Counted from the first letter of the stretch, positions 19,198 through 29,424 are shown. The stretch: 64,000 nt of DNA from an uncultured Actinomycetes bacterium (GCA_963721795.1 CAVRLT010000014.1:23972-87971), one strand, 5' to 3'. The notes: generated from the letters alone by a model not told the origin. Made by a program: numbers and translations.

Positions 19198-19846
19198 CCG
19201 ACATCGCGCCGGACGGCAGCCCCGTCCTCCTCTACTCGAGGCTGCCGGCGCTCGGCGAGCCGGAGCTGATCCACGAGGCCGTGCCGGCAGGGGCGGAGAT
19301 CCTCGAGCTCGGGGCAGGAGCGGGTCGCATCACGCACGAGCTCCTTGCGCTCGGGCACGAGGTCGTCGCGGTCGACAACTCGAGCGCGATGCTGGCGTTC
19401 ATCCGAGGCGCCGAGACGATCCTCGCCGATCTCGAGACCCTGGATCTGGGACGCCGGTTCCCCGTCGTCGTGCTCGCGAGCAACTTCATCAACGATCCCG
19501 ACGGCAGCGACTCGCCGCGCGTATCTCGCGGCGCTGCGCCCGACACGTTCTCCCGAACGGCCAGGTGCTGCTTCAGGGGTTTCCTCGCGACTGGATCCCG
19601 AACACCGACTGGTCCGAGCACGGAGACGTTCGGATCCGGCTCAAACGCTTCGCGCAAGACGGCGACCTCGTGTCCGGCGAGATGGAGTACCTGGTCGACG
19701 GAGTCGAGCTCCACCATGTCTTCGAGTCGAAGCTGCTGAGCGAGGAGGAGCTCGAGCGAGACCTGCGCGCGGTCGGGCTCCGCCGCAGCCGGGTGCTCGA
19801 CGACAGAGCTGCGTGGACGGAGGCGGTTCTGGAAGACCGCTCGTAG
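19194..19846 (+). pseudogene. Class I SAM-dependent methyltransferase, two single-base insertions (about 19512 and 19533)
   Basis: Motif I is ILELGAGAGRITHELLALGHEVVAVDNSSAML. The C-terminal half (ARHVLPNGQVLLQGFPRDWIPNTDW...LSEEELERDLRAVGL) is in a different frame. A short RRAYLAA linker is in the third frame. Confidence 0.68.
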
Positions 19847-19855
19847 ACTCCGCCC

Positions 19856-20677
19856 ATGGCCGACTCCCGCAAGATCGCGATCCTCGGAGCGGGGCGGATC
19901 GGCGAGGCGTTGATCTCGGGGCTCCTGTCCTCGGGATGGCGGGAGCCCGGGGAGATCGCTGCGACCTCGCGCCGTCCGGAGCGCGTCGCGGAGCTCCAGG
20001 AGCGCTACGAGATCGCCGCAACGCTCTCGAACCACGACGCCGCGGCGGGCGCCTCGCTCGTCGTGATCGCCGTCAAGCCGCAGGACATCGAGGGGCTGCT
20101 CGGCGAGATCGGCGGCCTCATCTCGCCCGACCAGACCGTCCTCACCGTCGCTGCCGCGATCCAGACCTCACGGATCGAGAGCCGCCTGAGCGCCGGCGTC
20201 CCCGTGGTTCGCGCGATGCCGAACACTCCTTCGACGGTGCACGAAGGGATCGCAGGTCTCTGCGCGGGCGCACATGCCGGCGACGAGCACCTCGACCTCG
20301 CGGAGGAAGCGCTCTCGCACCTCGGCGGCGTCGTTCGCGTCCCGGAGAGCGCGATGGACGCCATCACCGCCGTCTCCGGCTCCGGCCCCGCCTACTTCGC
20401 GCTGCTGGCAGAGGCGATGATCGAAGCGGGGATCCTGCTCGGTCTCTCGCGCGAGATCTCGACGCAGCTCGTCGTGCAGACGATGCTCGGCACGGCGAAG
20501 CAGCTCCGCGACGAGAAGATGCACCCGGTCGAGCTCCGCGAGATGGTCACGTCGCCGGGCGGAACGACGATCGCCGCGATCCGCGAGCTCGAGATGGCCG
20601 GAGTGCGGGCCGCGTTCCTGAACGCGATCCAGGCCGCGATGGTGCGTGCCCGCGAGCTGGCGGCAGGACAGGACTAG
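19856..20677 (+). CDS. proC: Pyrroline-5-carboxylate reductase
   Basis: This is an intact 273-aa ORF with motifs IAILGAGRIGEAL, VVIAVKPQD, RAMPNTP, SGSGPAYFALLAEAM and VTSPGGTT. Confidence 0.93.
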   Translation: MADSRKIAILGAGRIGEALISGLLSSGWREPGEIAATSRRPERVAELQERYEIAATLSNHDAAAGASLVVIAVKPQDIEGLLGEIGGLISPDQTVLTVAAAIQTSRIESRLSAGVPVVRAMPNTPSTVHEGIAGLCAGAHAGDEHLDLAEEALSHLGGVVRVPESAMDAITAVSGSGPAYFALLAEAMIEAGILLGLSREISTQLVVQTMLGTAKQLRDEKMHPVELREMVTSPGGTTIAAIRELEMAGVRAAFLNAIQAAMVRARELAAGQD

Positions 20678-20682
20678 GTCAG

Positions 20683-20704
20683 GCGTCTGGCTTCGGCCAG
20701 ACCC
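20683..20704. repeat. REP-like element (GCGTCTGGC-TTCG-GCCAGACCC), one stem mismatch
   Basis: Read directly from the sequence. It lies between the convergent proC and cyclase-fusion genes. Confidence 0.8.
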
Positions 20705-20707
20705 GGT

Positions 20708-22098
20708 CTACGCGCCGGTCGACGCCACCGCCAAGCGCTCGACGGCGAACAGACGCCACTCGCCCGGCACGCCCTTCAGCTCGGCGACTCCGCGGTCGCG
20801 AAACTCGATCCCCGAGCCCGGCAACCAGGTCCTTCACGGTGCTCGAAACGAGCACCTCGCTCGGCCCGGCCTCGGCGGCCACGCGTGCCCCGATGTTCAC
20901 CGCGATCCCGCCGACCTTGCGATCGATCCGCTCGCACTCGCCCGTGTGCAGGCCGGCGCGAATCTCGATGCCCAGCTCGCGCACTCCCTGCGTGATCGCG
21001 TGCGCGCACCGAATCGCACGCGCCGGCCCGTCGAACGAGGCGAAGAAGCCGTCGCCCGCGGTATCCAGCTCGGTCCCGCGGAAACGCATGAGCTGGCGGC
21101 GGATGAGCCCGTGATGCGCCTGGATCAGCTCCCGCCAGCGCGCGTCGCCGAGCTCGGAAGCCTTCGCAGTCGAACCGACGATGTCGGTGAAGAGCACGGT
21201 CGCGAGCACTCGCTCGGACTCGGTGTCCTCCCACGCTCGCTCTTGCCACACCTCGGTCAGGAACCGCTCGATCTCGCGAAGAGGCGGCTCCGTATCACCC
21301 GCCGAGATCGAGTGGTCGGAACCCGGGAAGCTCGACATGTCTCGCCCCGGCGATGTGCTCGGCGAGATAGCGGGAGCCGCCCACCATCATGTTCGAGTCC
21401 CCTTCGCGGTTGAGGACGAGCGTCGGAACGCGGATGGCCGAGAGCACATGCCGGACGTCGATCTCCATGTTCATCCGCGCGTAGGCAGCAGCGGAACCCG
21501 GACTCGAGCTGTGACGGAGCAGAGTGGCAAGTGCACGCTGCCCCTCCTCGTCGGCGCTCGGCGCGAGGGTCGCGGCAACCCTGGCCGAGTGCTCCGCGGT
21601 GCCCCACACGCGCCCGACCCGGTCGATGTAGGCGAGATAGTCCTCTTCGCGGTCACCCCACGGATAGTCCGGCGCCCAGAGCACGCGCGCGTACGAGCCC
21701 ACCACGATCAGACCCCAGACCCGGTCGGGGTATGTCGCCGCGAAGAGGATGCTCATCGGGCCGCCCTCCGAAAAACCGAGCAGCGCGGCGCGCTCCGATC
21801 CGACGGCATCCATCACCGCGCGGACGTCGTCCATGCGTGTCTCGAGCGTTGACGCACCACTCACGCGATCGGACATTCCCTGGCCGCGCTTGTCGAACCG
21901 GATCAGACGCGAGAACGAGGAAAGCTCGTGAAGGAACGATGCGGTATCCGGGATAGACCACGCGAGCTCGACGTGTGAGGCAAACGGCGGAACGTAGACG
22001 AGGTCGTAGGGGCCGTCGCCAGTGACCTGGTACGCGATCGAGACGTCTCCGCTGCGCGCGTAACGGGTCTCGGGCAGCACCGGCCGATTGTCGCTCAT
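20708..22098 (-). pseudogene. Alpha/beta-hydrolase + class III adenylate/guanylate cyclase fusion protein, two frame disruptions (about 21322 and 20817)
   Basis: The hydrolase part has FDKRGQGMSDR and LLGFSEGGPMS. The cyclase part has VLATVLFTDIVGSTAKASELGD and TAGDGFFASFDGPARAIRCA. The corrected C-terminus is GSGIEFRDRGVAELKGVPGEWRLFAVERLAVASTGA-stop at 20708. The domain order is the same as in the intact paralog at 62756..64000. Confidence 0.82.
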
Positions 22099-22748
22099 CC
22101 CGGGAGCAGCGGCGAGGCGAGCTCGACGGCGAGCCCGCGCTCGTCGGCGAGGGCCTGGAGCGCGAGGACGGTGTCGGCGACCGGCGTGTCCTCGAGGAAT
22201 TCGCTCCGCGCTTCGAAGTCGGCGACCAGCGCGCGGATCGCGCGCTCGTAGCCGGCCGCATCACCCGCTGCGATGGCCACGAGCGTGTCGGCGACAGTGG
22301 CGGGGAAGTCGTCGCGACCTACGAGTCTCGGAAGCCAGCTTCGTGGCGCCCGCATCGTCTCCGCGAACGAGATGCGCGAGCACCGCTGCGTAGCGGCCGA
22401 TCGGGCTCTCCGACTCGGCAGCACCCGCTTCGAGAGCCCAGGCAGCATCCTCGAGCGCACCCTCCCGATCACCGGCGATGAGCCTCGACTTCATCGCGCC
22501 GATCGGCCTGCCCCAGCTTCCGGGCGGTGCGAGCGGCCAGCTCTCGCGATAGCGCTCCGCGGCTCGCAGGAGCCAGCGCCCGCCCTCGTCCTCGCGACCG
22601 GCCATGAGCAGCGAGAGACCGGCCGACCAGGCCGCGTTCCCCATCCGCGTGAGCTGCCGCTGCCGCTCGTCGCCGTCCTCGGGCAGGCGCGCCACTCCGT
22701 CGTCGTGGCGCTCGATCGCGCGCGCCGCGCGTTCCGCCCAGTCACTCA
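22095..22748 (-). pseudogene. Hypothetical helical protein, frame disrupted near 22340; coupled (ATGA) to the hydrolase-cyclase gene
   Basis: The N-terminal part is MSDWAERAARAIERHDDGVARLPEDGD...IGRYAAVLAHLVRGDD. The C-terminal part (GRDDFPATVADTLVAIAAGDAAGYERAIRALVADFEARSEFLED...) is in a second frame. I recognise no family. Confidence 0.45.
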
Positions 22749-22774
22749 TCGTCAGCGAAGTATCGTCTCCGGCG

Positions 22775-23974
22775 ATGGCTCGCACCCTCCGAGAGGTCGT
22801 CTACGTCGACGGCGTCCGCACCGCATTCGGTCGCGCCGGAAAAGACGGCTACTTCTGGAAGACGCGCGCCGACGACATGGCCGTGAAGGTCGTGCGCGAG
22901 CTGCTGCGCCGGAATCCGAGCCTCCCGGAAGACCGGATCGACGACGTCGTCTTCGCCGCGACCGCGCAGGTCGGAGACCAGGGGCTCACCCTCGGCCGGG
23001 ACGTCGCGCTGCTGGCAGGGCTCCCGGAAACCGTTCCGGGATTCGCCGTCGACCGCATGTGCGCCGGCGCGCTCACCGCCACGACCAGCGGAGCGGGCGA
23101 GATCGCCATGGGCGCGGCGGATGTCGTCCTCGTCGGCGGCGTCGAGCACATGGGCCACCACCCGATGGGCGAGGACGTCGACTTCAACCCGCGCTTCGTC
23201 TCCGAGCGGATCGTCGACGAGTCGGCGGCGGTGATGGGCCAGACGGCGGAGAACCTCCACGACGCGTTCCCGCACCTGACGAAGGAGAGCGCGGACGCGT
23301 TCGCCGTCGAGAGCCAGCGCAAGGCGTCGAAGGCCTGGGACGACGGCGTCATGGACGAGATCGTCGTCCCCATGTCGGTGTTCACCGACGAGGGCTGGAC
23401 GGTCGCCGCGCGCGACGAGTTCCTCCGCCCCGACACGACGATGGAGGCGCTCGCCGAGCTCCGCACGCCGTTCCGCACGGCGGGGCGGGTCACGGCCGGC
23501 AACTCGGCGGGCCTCACCGACGGCGCGACGGCCGCGCTGATCGCGTCCGAGGAAGGCGCGCAGGAGCTCGGCCTCGAGCCGAAGATGCGGCTGGTCGGCT
23601 TCGCGTACGCGGGCGTCGCGCCGGAGCTCATGGGCCTCGGGCCGGTTCCGGCGACGAACAAGGTCCTCGAGCAGACCGGCATCTCCCTCGACGAAGTCGG
23701 CCTCTTCGAGCTCAACGAGCCGTTCGCGGTGCAGGTGCTGACCTGGTGCGACGGGGTCGGTGTCGAGCCCGACGACCCGCGGCTCAACCCCTACGGAGGC
23801 GCGATCGCCTGCGGACACCCGCTCGCCGCGACGGGAGTCCGGCTGATGGCGCAGCTGGCGCGCGGGTTCCGGGACCGCCCGGACGTGCGCTACGGGCTCA
23901 CCGCGCTCTGCATCGGCCTCGGAATGGGCGCGGCCGTCCTCTGGGAGAACCTGCAGAACGGCCACGGTGGCTAG
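22775..23974 (+). CDS. Acetyl-CoA C-acyltransferase (thiolase, FadA-like)
   Basis: The protein begins MARTLREVVYVDGVRTAFGRAG. The active-site region is VDRMCAGAL, and the C-terminal motifs are NPYGGAIACGHPLAATG and ALCIGLGMGAA. The frame is open from 22604, but ATG 22775 fits the family N-terminus. Confidence 0.92.
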   Translation: MARTLREVVYVDGVRTAFGRAGKDGYFWKTRADDMAVKVVRELLRRNPSLPEDRIDDVVFAATAQVGDQGLTLGRDVALLAGLPETVPGFAVDRMCAGALTATTSGAGEIAMGAADVVLVGGVEHMGHHPMGEDVDFNPRFVSERIVDESAAVMGQTAENLHDAFPHLTKESADAFAVESQRKASKAWDDGVMDEIVVPMSVFTDEGWTVAARDEFLRPDTTMEALAELRTPFRTAGRVTAGNSAGLTDGATAALIASEEGAQELGLEPKMRLVGFAYAGVAPELMGLGPVPATNKVLEQTGISLDEVGLFELNEPFAVQVLTWCDGVGVEPDDPRLNPYGGAIACGHPLAATGVRLMAQLARGFRDRPDVRYGLTALCIGLGMGAAVLWENLQNGHGG

Positions 23975-25973
23975 CCCTCCGACCCAGTTCAAGCTGCAGC
24001 GGCTCGAGACCCGAGTCGGCCCGGTCGCCCTCGTGACGATGGACAACGGCGAGGACTGGCAGAAGCCGAACACGTTCGGCGAGCAGGCGCTGCGCTCGCT
24101 CGAGGACGTTCTCGGCCGGCTCCGGACCCGCGACTGGCGGGGGCTCCTGCTCACGGGGAAGCCGTTCGTGTTCGCCGTGGGAGCGGACATCGGCGAATTC
24201 GGAGAGATCACGCCGGAGCGTGCGCGTCAGGGCGGCGAGGCGGGGCACGAGCTCTTCGGGCGACTCCGAGACCTTCCCTTCATCACGCTCGCCGCGATCA
24301 ACGGCGCCGCGGTCGGAGGCGGCGTCGAGATCGCGCTCCACTGCGACTACCGCACGATCTCGTCCTCGGTGCGCCACTTCGCGTGCCCGGAGGTCTTCCT
24401 CGGGCTCATCCCCGGCTGGGGCGGAACGCAGCTGATCCCGAAGCTCGTCGGGGCAGAACAGGCCGTGACGTTCATCGTCGAGAACCCCTTGCGGCAGAAC
24501 CGGATGCTCACCGCCCGACAGGCGCACGAGCGGGGATTCGCGGACGCCCTCTTCGAGCCCGTCGAGTTCCTCGACGAGTCGCTCGCGCTGCTCCTGGACA
24601 AGATCGAGGAAGGGGGCGGGAAGGTGCGTCCCGACGCCGATCTCTCCGACGTCGCCGAAGTGACCCGCAAGGCCCGCGCGCGCCTCGACGGCCAGCTGCA
24701 CGGCGCCGCCCCGGCGCCCTACAGAGCGCTCGATCTAATCGCGGGCGCGGCGGAGTGGCCACTCGAGAAGGGCTACCGCGCGGAGGAAGACGCACTCGCG
24801 GAGCTTCTCCCCGGCCCGCAGGCGCAGGCATCCGTGTACGCGTTCGATCTCGTGGAGCGCCGCGCGAAGCGGGGGGTCGGCATCCCCGAGGCGGAGCCGA
24901 GGCGGATTCGCAAGGTCGGGCTCGTGGGCGCCGGCCTCATGGCCCGTCAGCTCGCGCTGTTGGCTCTCCGCCGTCTGGAGGTGCCCGTCGTGCTCCGGGA
25001 CCTCACGCAAGAACAGGTGCACGAGGCAGTTGGCTGGATAACTGCCGAGCTCGACGAGCTCGTCCGCAAGGGGCGGCTGGGAGAAGGCAAAGCGCGCTTC
25101 CTCGGCTCGCTCGTCGGCGGCGGAACGGGATGGGAGATCTTCGCCGGCTGCGACCTCGTCCTCGAGGCCGTGTTCGAGGAGATGGCCGTGAAGAAGGAGG
25201 TCTTCGCGGAGCTCGAGCGCGTCGTCTCACCGGAGTGCCTGCTGGCGAGCAACACCTCGTCCCTCTCGGTGACGGAGATGGGGGCCGACCTGGAGCACCC
25301 GGAGCGCGTCGTCGGGATGCACTTCTTCAACCCGGTAGCCGTGCTTCCACTCGTCGAGCTCGTTCGCACGCCTCTGACCGACGACGTGACGCTCGCCACC
25401 GCCTGGGACGTCACCGGGAAGCTGCGGAAGCGCGGAGTGCTCGTCCGCGATGCGCCGGGGTTCGTCGTGAACCGCCTCCTCGGCCGTCAGGGCTCGGTCG
25501 TGACGAGCGCGCTCGACCGCGGCAACTCGGTCGACGAGACGGACGAGGCCGTTCTCCGGCTCGGCCTCCCGATGGCCCCGTCGGTGCTGCTTCAGCTCGT
25601 AGGGCCGAGGGTCGCGAGCCACGTGCGCCATACGCTGCACGACGCCTGGCCGGAGCGCTTCCCGCTCTCGGCCACGCTCGAGAGCCTGGCGGAAGGAGGC
25701 GATCCCGTCGTCGTCGAGCATGCTCCGCGCTCGGTGGACGAGCTCCACGAGGCCGTCCTCGAGGCGCTGGCCGACGAGGTGCGCCACATCCTCGAGGACG
25801 GCGTCGTCTCCGAAGCGGCCGACATCGACACCTGCCTGATCCTCGGCGCCGGCTTCCCTTTCTGGCTCGGAGGCATCACGAAGCACCTCGATCAGACCGG
25901 AGTCTCCCAGCGCGTCGTCGGCCGGCCGCTCGCGGATGTGGCCCCGGTACCCGTTTCCTCGCCCGCAACCTGA
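23967..25973 (+). CDS. Bifunctional enoyl-CoA hydratase / 3-hydroxyacyl-CoA dehydrogenase (FadB-like)
   Basis: This is an intact 668-aa ORF. It has an N-terminal crotonase fold (FVFAVGADIGEF, INGAAVGGGVEIAL) and a Rossmann motif (VGLVGAGLMARQLA) followed by the 3HCDH C-terminal domains. Its GTG start overlaps the thiolase stop. Confidence 0.9.
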   Translation: MASPPTQFKLQRLETRVGPVALVTMDNGEDWQKPNTFGEQALRSLEDVLGRLRTRDWRGLLLTGKPFVFAVGADIGEFGEITPERARQGGEAGHELFGRLRDLPFITLAAINGAAVGGGVEIALHCDYRTISSSVRHFACPEVFLGLIPGWGGTQLIPKLVGAEQAVTFIVENPLRQNRMLTARQAHERGFADALFEPVEFLDESLALLLDKIEEGGGKVRPDADLSDVAEVTRKARARLDGQLHGAAPAPYRALDLIAGAAEWPLEKGYRAEEDALAELLPGPQAQASVYAFDLVERRAKRGVGIPEAEPRRIRKVGLVGAGLMARQLALLALRRLEVPVVLRDLTQEQVHEAVGWITAELDELVRKGRLGEGKARFLGSLVGGGTGWEIFAGCDLVLEAVFEEMAVKKEVFAELERVVSPECLLASNTSSLSVTEMGADLEHPERVVGMHFFNPVAVLPLVELVRTPLTDDVTLATAWDVTGKLRKRGVLVRDAPGFVVNRLLGRQGSVVTSALDRGNSVDETDEAVLRLGLPMAPSVLLQLVGPRVASHVRHTLHDAWPERFPLSATLESLAEGGDPVVVEHAPRSVDELHEAVLEALADEVRHILEDGVVSEAADIDTCLILGAGFPFWLGGITKHLDQTGVSQRVVGRPLADVAPVPVSSPAT

Positions 25974-25993
25974 GGTATGCTCTGACGGTACCG

Positions 25994-26013
25994 CTCGCCG
26001 GATAACAGGCGAG
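25994..26013 (+). terminator. Hairpin CTCGCC-N8-GGCGAG downstream of the FadB-like gene
   Basis: A 6-bp stem lies 20 nt after the stop. There is no strong T-tract. Confidence 0.35.
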
Positions 26014-26238
26014 CGTCAACTCTCGGAAGGAGCGGCACCGCAGTACGTGCTGCGCACATGCACGAAGCCACGTCTACCCCGACCGTGTTGTCGGACACAC
26101 CTGAAGACTTGACTGCGGCGGCGAGCCGCGCTCGCAGCCTGGTGCGGCGAGCCGTTCCTGGACGCCGACGAGGACCCGTCCTCCGCGCTCGCACCCGGGA
26201 CCGCACGCCGTGCCGCGCTCGACCACGCGCTCGAGGAG

Positions 26239-28536
26239 ATGGAGGCCGGCCTCTCCGAGCCATCGTCACGCTGGAAGGTCCGCTACGGCCTGATGCTCGG
26301 GCTCGAGCGCGTGCTCACCGAGGACCTCCCGCGAACCGCTGCCGGGACCGAGCTTCGCCGCCACCAGGTGGACGCACTGGCAGGGATGCTCGCCGAGCTC
26401 ATCGCCTCGACGCAGCGCGCGGCCGACGAGAACGGCAACGGCGGGAACGGCAGCGGGAACGGCGCCGTCGCGGAGGCCGAGCTCGACGAGGAGGCGGACG
26501 ACGACTTCGACGCCGGCTTCATCGACGAGAAGGAGCTGGAGCAGGGCTTCCACGGCTCCGATCCGGGAGCCGTCCGCCGCTACCGCTTCCGCCATCCGAC
26601 GGCTTCTGGCAAGACGATTGCCGCGGCCGGCTTCGTCGAGGCAGCCCGGAAGCTCGGGATCCTGATCCTCACGCACCGCCGCCTGCTCGTCTCCCAGTTC
26701 AAGCGCGATCTCACCACCGAGGGCTACGGCGACCGCTTCACCGACGCGATCCTGAAGGGCACACGCGTCCCGCGAGACAACCCGATCACGATCCAGACGT
26801 ATGCCTGGTTCGCGCGGCACGGAGGCGAGATCGCACCGGACGTGTACCACTTCGTGCTCTGCGACGAGGCGCACACGGCGCTCGGGGAGAAGACGAGCGC
26901 GGCGATCCGCGCCTTCCACGAGCCGCTGTACATCGGCATGACCGCGACCGAGCAGCTGATCGCGAAGCAGGTCTCCGACGTCTTCCCCGCTTCCGTCGAC
27001 GACCTGCCGCTCGGCGACGCTGCCCGGCGCGGGCTCATCGCTCCGCTTCGCTCGCTGCGCGTGCCGCCGGCGGCGGCGATCAACTCGGTCCCGATCGTCG
27101 GCGGGGACTTCGAGGAGCGCGCCCTGGCGGCCGCGCTCGACCACGAGGCCCTGAACCAGGCGGCTGCGAGCCTCTACCGCGAGCGCTTCGGCTCGACGCC
27201 GGGAATCGTCTATGCCGCCGGAGTGGATCACGCGTACAACCTCGCGCAGGAGTTCCGCGCGGCCGGGCTGAAGACGGAAGCAGTCTCGGGACGGACGCCG
27301 CCCGCCCGACTCGCCGAGACCCTGGCCGCCTACGAGCGCGGCGAGATCAACGTCCTCATCAACGCCCAGCTGCTCGCGGAAGGCTGGAACTCGCCTCGAG
27401 CGACTGTCTGCATGCACCTCGCGCCGACCGCCTCCCGGCGCGTCTACCAGCAGCGGATCGGGCGGATCATGCGCATCCATCCGCGGAAGGAAGCCGGCGT
27501 CGTGGTCGACTTCGTGCCCAAGGGCTCGACGCACAACGATCGCGTGATCTCCCTCCACGCCCTGCTCGACGCCGACTTCTACCGCGAGGGAGCTCGCGTC
27601 ACGCCTGCGCCCCGCCGCCGCCAGCAGCGGCGCGCTCGCCGCAAGCTCTCGCCGGTCCCGTGGCTCGTTCCGGTGACGCCGGACGTCGCGCGCCGACTGG
27701 CGGTGATCCAGCGCGAATGGCAGCGGATCGACCCGAAGTACCTCGACGAGGACGAGCAGCGCTTCTGGGCGACGATCGCCGGCAGGCAGATCCGATTCGA
27801 CCAGCGCGCCGAGTTCGCACGGAAGTTCGTCGAGGGGCGCGCGAGCAAGGTCGCGCTCGAGCAGTTCCTCTCCACCTGCGCAGCCGAGAACCCGAATCGC
27901 CGCCTGCGGATCACTGCCCTCCTCGATCGCGTCGCCACTCCGGTCGAGCGTGCCGACTTCGACGACCTCGTGACCCTCGTCACCCAGGCGCCGCCCTGGG
28001 AGAAGGACCGCGCGTCGGGTGTGCGCGTGCTCCTGCGCGCGATCGGGGAAGGCAAGGCCGCAGCGCCGGAGCAGATCCTCGCGCGCTGGACGTGGAAGCT
28101 CGCCAGGGCGACACGCAAGGTGCAGGACCGGCGCGTGTCGACGGAGTTCCCGGAGGCGAAGCGCCTCCTCGGAGCGGCAGCGAACTCACGCGGGTACCGG
28201 CACGAGGAGAACGTCAACCGCCTCGTGCAGGTCGCGATGACGATGCCGATGGCCGTCGGAGCTGCTCTCCTCGCCTCGGCAGACGGCTACACGCCGCGGG
28301 CGAACGCAGCGCTGGACAAGGCCCGCGAGGAGCTCGGCTCGATCGCCGAGATCGCGAACGCCCTCGCCGACAACCTCCCCGCGCCGAAGCTCACTGCGCG
28401 CAAGTCCCGCCGACGGCGGCGGAAGCGCAAGGGCCAGCCGCAGGGACAGGCGCCCGCGGCGCTCGAAGCATCGGCGGACGGCAACTCGGCGGACGCCACA
28501 CCAGCTGTGGCGGAACCGGCCGAAGACGCGGCCTAG
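26239..28536 (+). CDS. Superfamily-2 DEAH-box helicase (ResIII/Helicase_C core) with about 300-aa C-terminal extension
   Basis: The 765-aa ORF has motif I (HPTASGKT), motif II (LCDEAH), motif III (MTAT) and motif VI (YQQRIGRIMR). A possible true start is ATG 26058 (MHEATSTPTVLSDTPEDLTAAASRARSLV), which would be joined by a one-base change near 26140. Confidence 0.82.
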   Translation: MEAGLSEPSSRWKVRYGLMLGLERVLTEDLPRTAAGTELRRHQVDALAGMLAELIASTQRAADENGNGGNGSGNGAVAEAELDEEADDDFDAGFIDEKELEQGFHGSDPGAVRRYRFRHPTASGKTIAAAGFVEAARKLGILILTHRRLLVSQFKRDLTTEGYGDRFTDAILKGTRVPRDNPITIQTYAWFARHGGEIAPDVYHFVLCDEAHTALGEKTSAAIRAFHEPLYIGMTATEQLIAKQVSDVFPASVDDLPLGDAARRGLIAPLRSLRVPPAAAINSVPIVGGDFEERALAAALDHEALNQAAASLYRERFGSTPGIVYAAGVDHAYNLAQEFRAAGLKTEAVSGRTPPARLAETLAAYERGEINVLINAQLLAEGWNSPRATVCMHLAPTASRRVYQQRIGRIMRIHPRKEAGVVVDFVPKGSTHNDRVISLHALLDADFYREGARVTPAPRRRQQRRARRKLSPVPWLVPVTPDVARRLAVIQREWQRIDPKYLDEDEQRFWATIAGRQIRFDQRAEFARKFVEGRASKVALEQFLSTCAAENPNRRLRITALLDRVATPVERADFDDLVTLVTQAPPWEKDRASGVRVLLRAIGEGKAAAPEQILARWTWKLARATRKVQDRRVSTEFPEAKRLLGAAANSRGYRHEENVNRLVQVAMTMPMAVGAALLASADGYTPRANAALDKAREELGSIAEIANALADNLPAPKLTARKSRRRRRKRKGQPQGQAPAALEASADGNSADATPAVAEPAEDAA

Positions 28537-29415
28537 CCGCTTCCGCCGTTCTTGTCGCGCTCGCGGAGGAAGCGGGCGATCTCGGCTGCCAGCGCCTCCC
28601 CCGACGGGAGCGAGCCCGACTCCTCGAGCCAGTCAAGGGAATCGGCGCGCTGCTCCAGCTCTTCGACGTACGCGGCGGTCTCCGAGTCGCTCGCGACGGC
28701 CTCGGAGACCTGCTCGACGTACGTCGACTCCGCTTCCGCCAGCTCGCCGACGTCGATGTCGATCCCGAGCAGGCCGGAGAGCCTTTCGCAGAGCGCCTTC
28801 GCGGCGCGTGGGCTCGGCGCCAGCGACACGTAGTGCGGCACGGCTGCCCAAAGGCTGACCGACGGGATCCCGCCTCGCCGGCAGGCGTCGAGCAAGACTC
28901 CGACGATCCCCGTCGGGCCCTCGTAGCGGGAGAGCTGAAGGCCGAGCTCGTCGACCAGCTTCGGGTCCGTGGCAGCGCCCGTGACGGGTGCAGGACGCGT
29001 GTGAGGGACATCCGCGAGGAGCGCACCGAGCGTGACCACGAGCTCGACGCCGAGATCGCGGGCGAGGTCGGCGATCAGGTCCGTGAAGGTCCGCCAGCGA
29101 TAGTTCGGCTCGACGCCGACGAGGACGACGGCATCGCGGTTCGTCCCGGGGATCCGCGTACGGAAGAACGTGTTCTCTGGCCATTCGATGTGCCTGGTTT
29201 GACCTTCGTCCAAGCGAGACGAGCGGCCGCGTGGCCTGGAAGTCGACGAAGAGCTCCGGGTCGATCTCCGCGAACTTCTCTGCCTCCCAGGAGCGAGCGA
29301 GGTAGCCCGCGGCGAGCGTCGCCGCCTGGCCACCGTCATTCCAGCCCCGGAAAGCGGCGATCAGCACTGGCCGTTCCAGGGTCGGACGCTCGTACATCCG
29401 CAGCTCCTCCGGCAT
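28533..29415 (-). pseudogene. PAC2-family (proteasome assembly chaperone 2-like) protein, frame disrupted near 29213
   Basis: The N-terminal part is MPEELRMYERPTLERPVLIAAFRGWNDGGQAATLAAGYL...FQATRPLVSL. The continuation (DEGQTRHIEWPENTFFRTRIPGTNRDAVVLVGVEPNYRW...) appears after removing one extra C. Confidence 0.8.
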
Positions 29416-29424
29416 CCGGGGAGC

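Noticed and set aside
26239-28536. Restriction-modification or phage-defence island around the ResIII-type helicase
   Set aside because: No methyltransferase, nuclease, specificity subunit or other defence gene is adjacent. The neighbours are beta-oxidation and proteasome-accessory genes, and the GC content looks the same as its surroundings.
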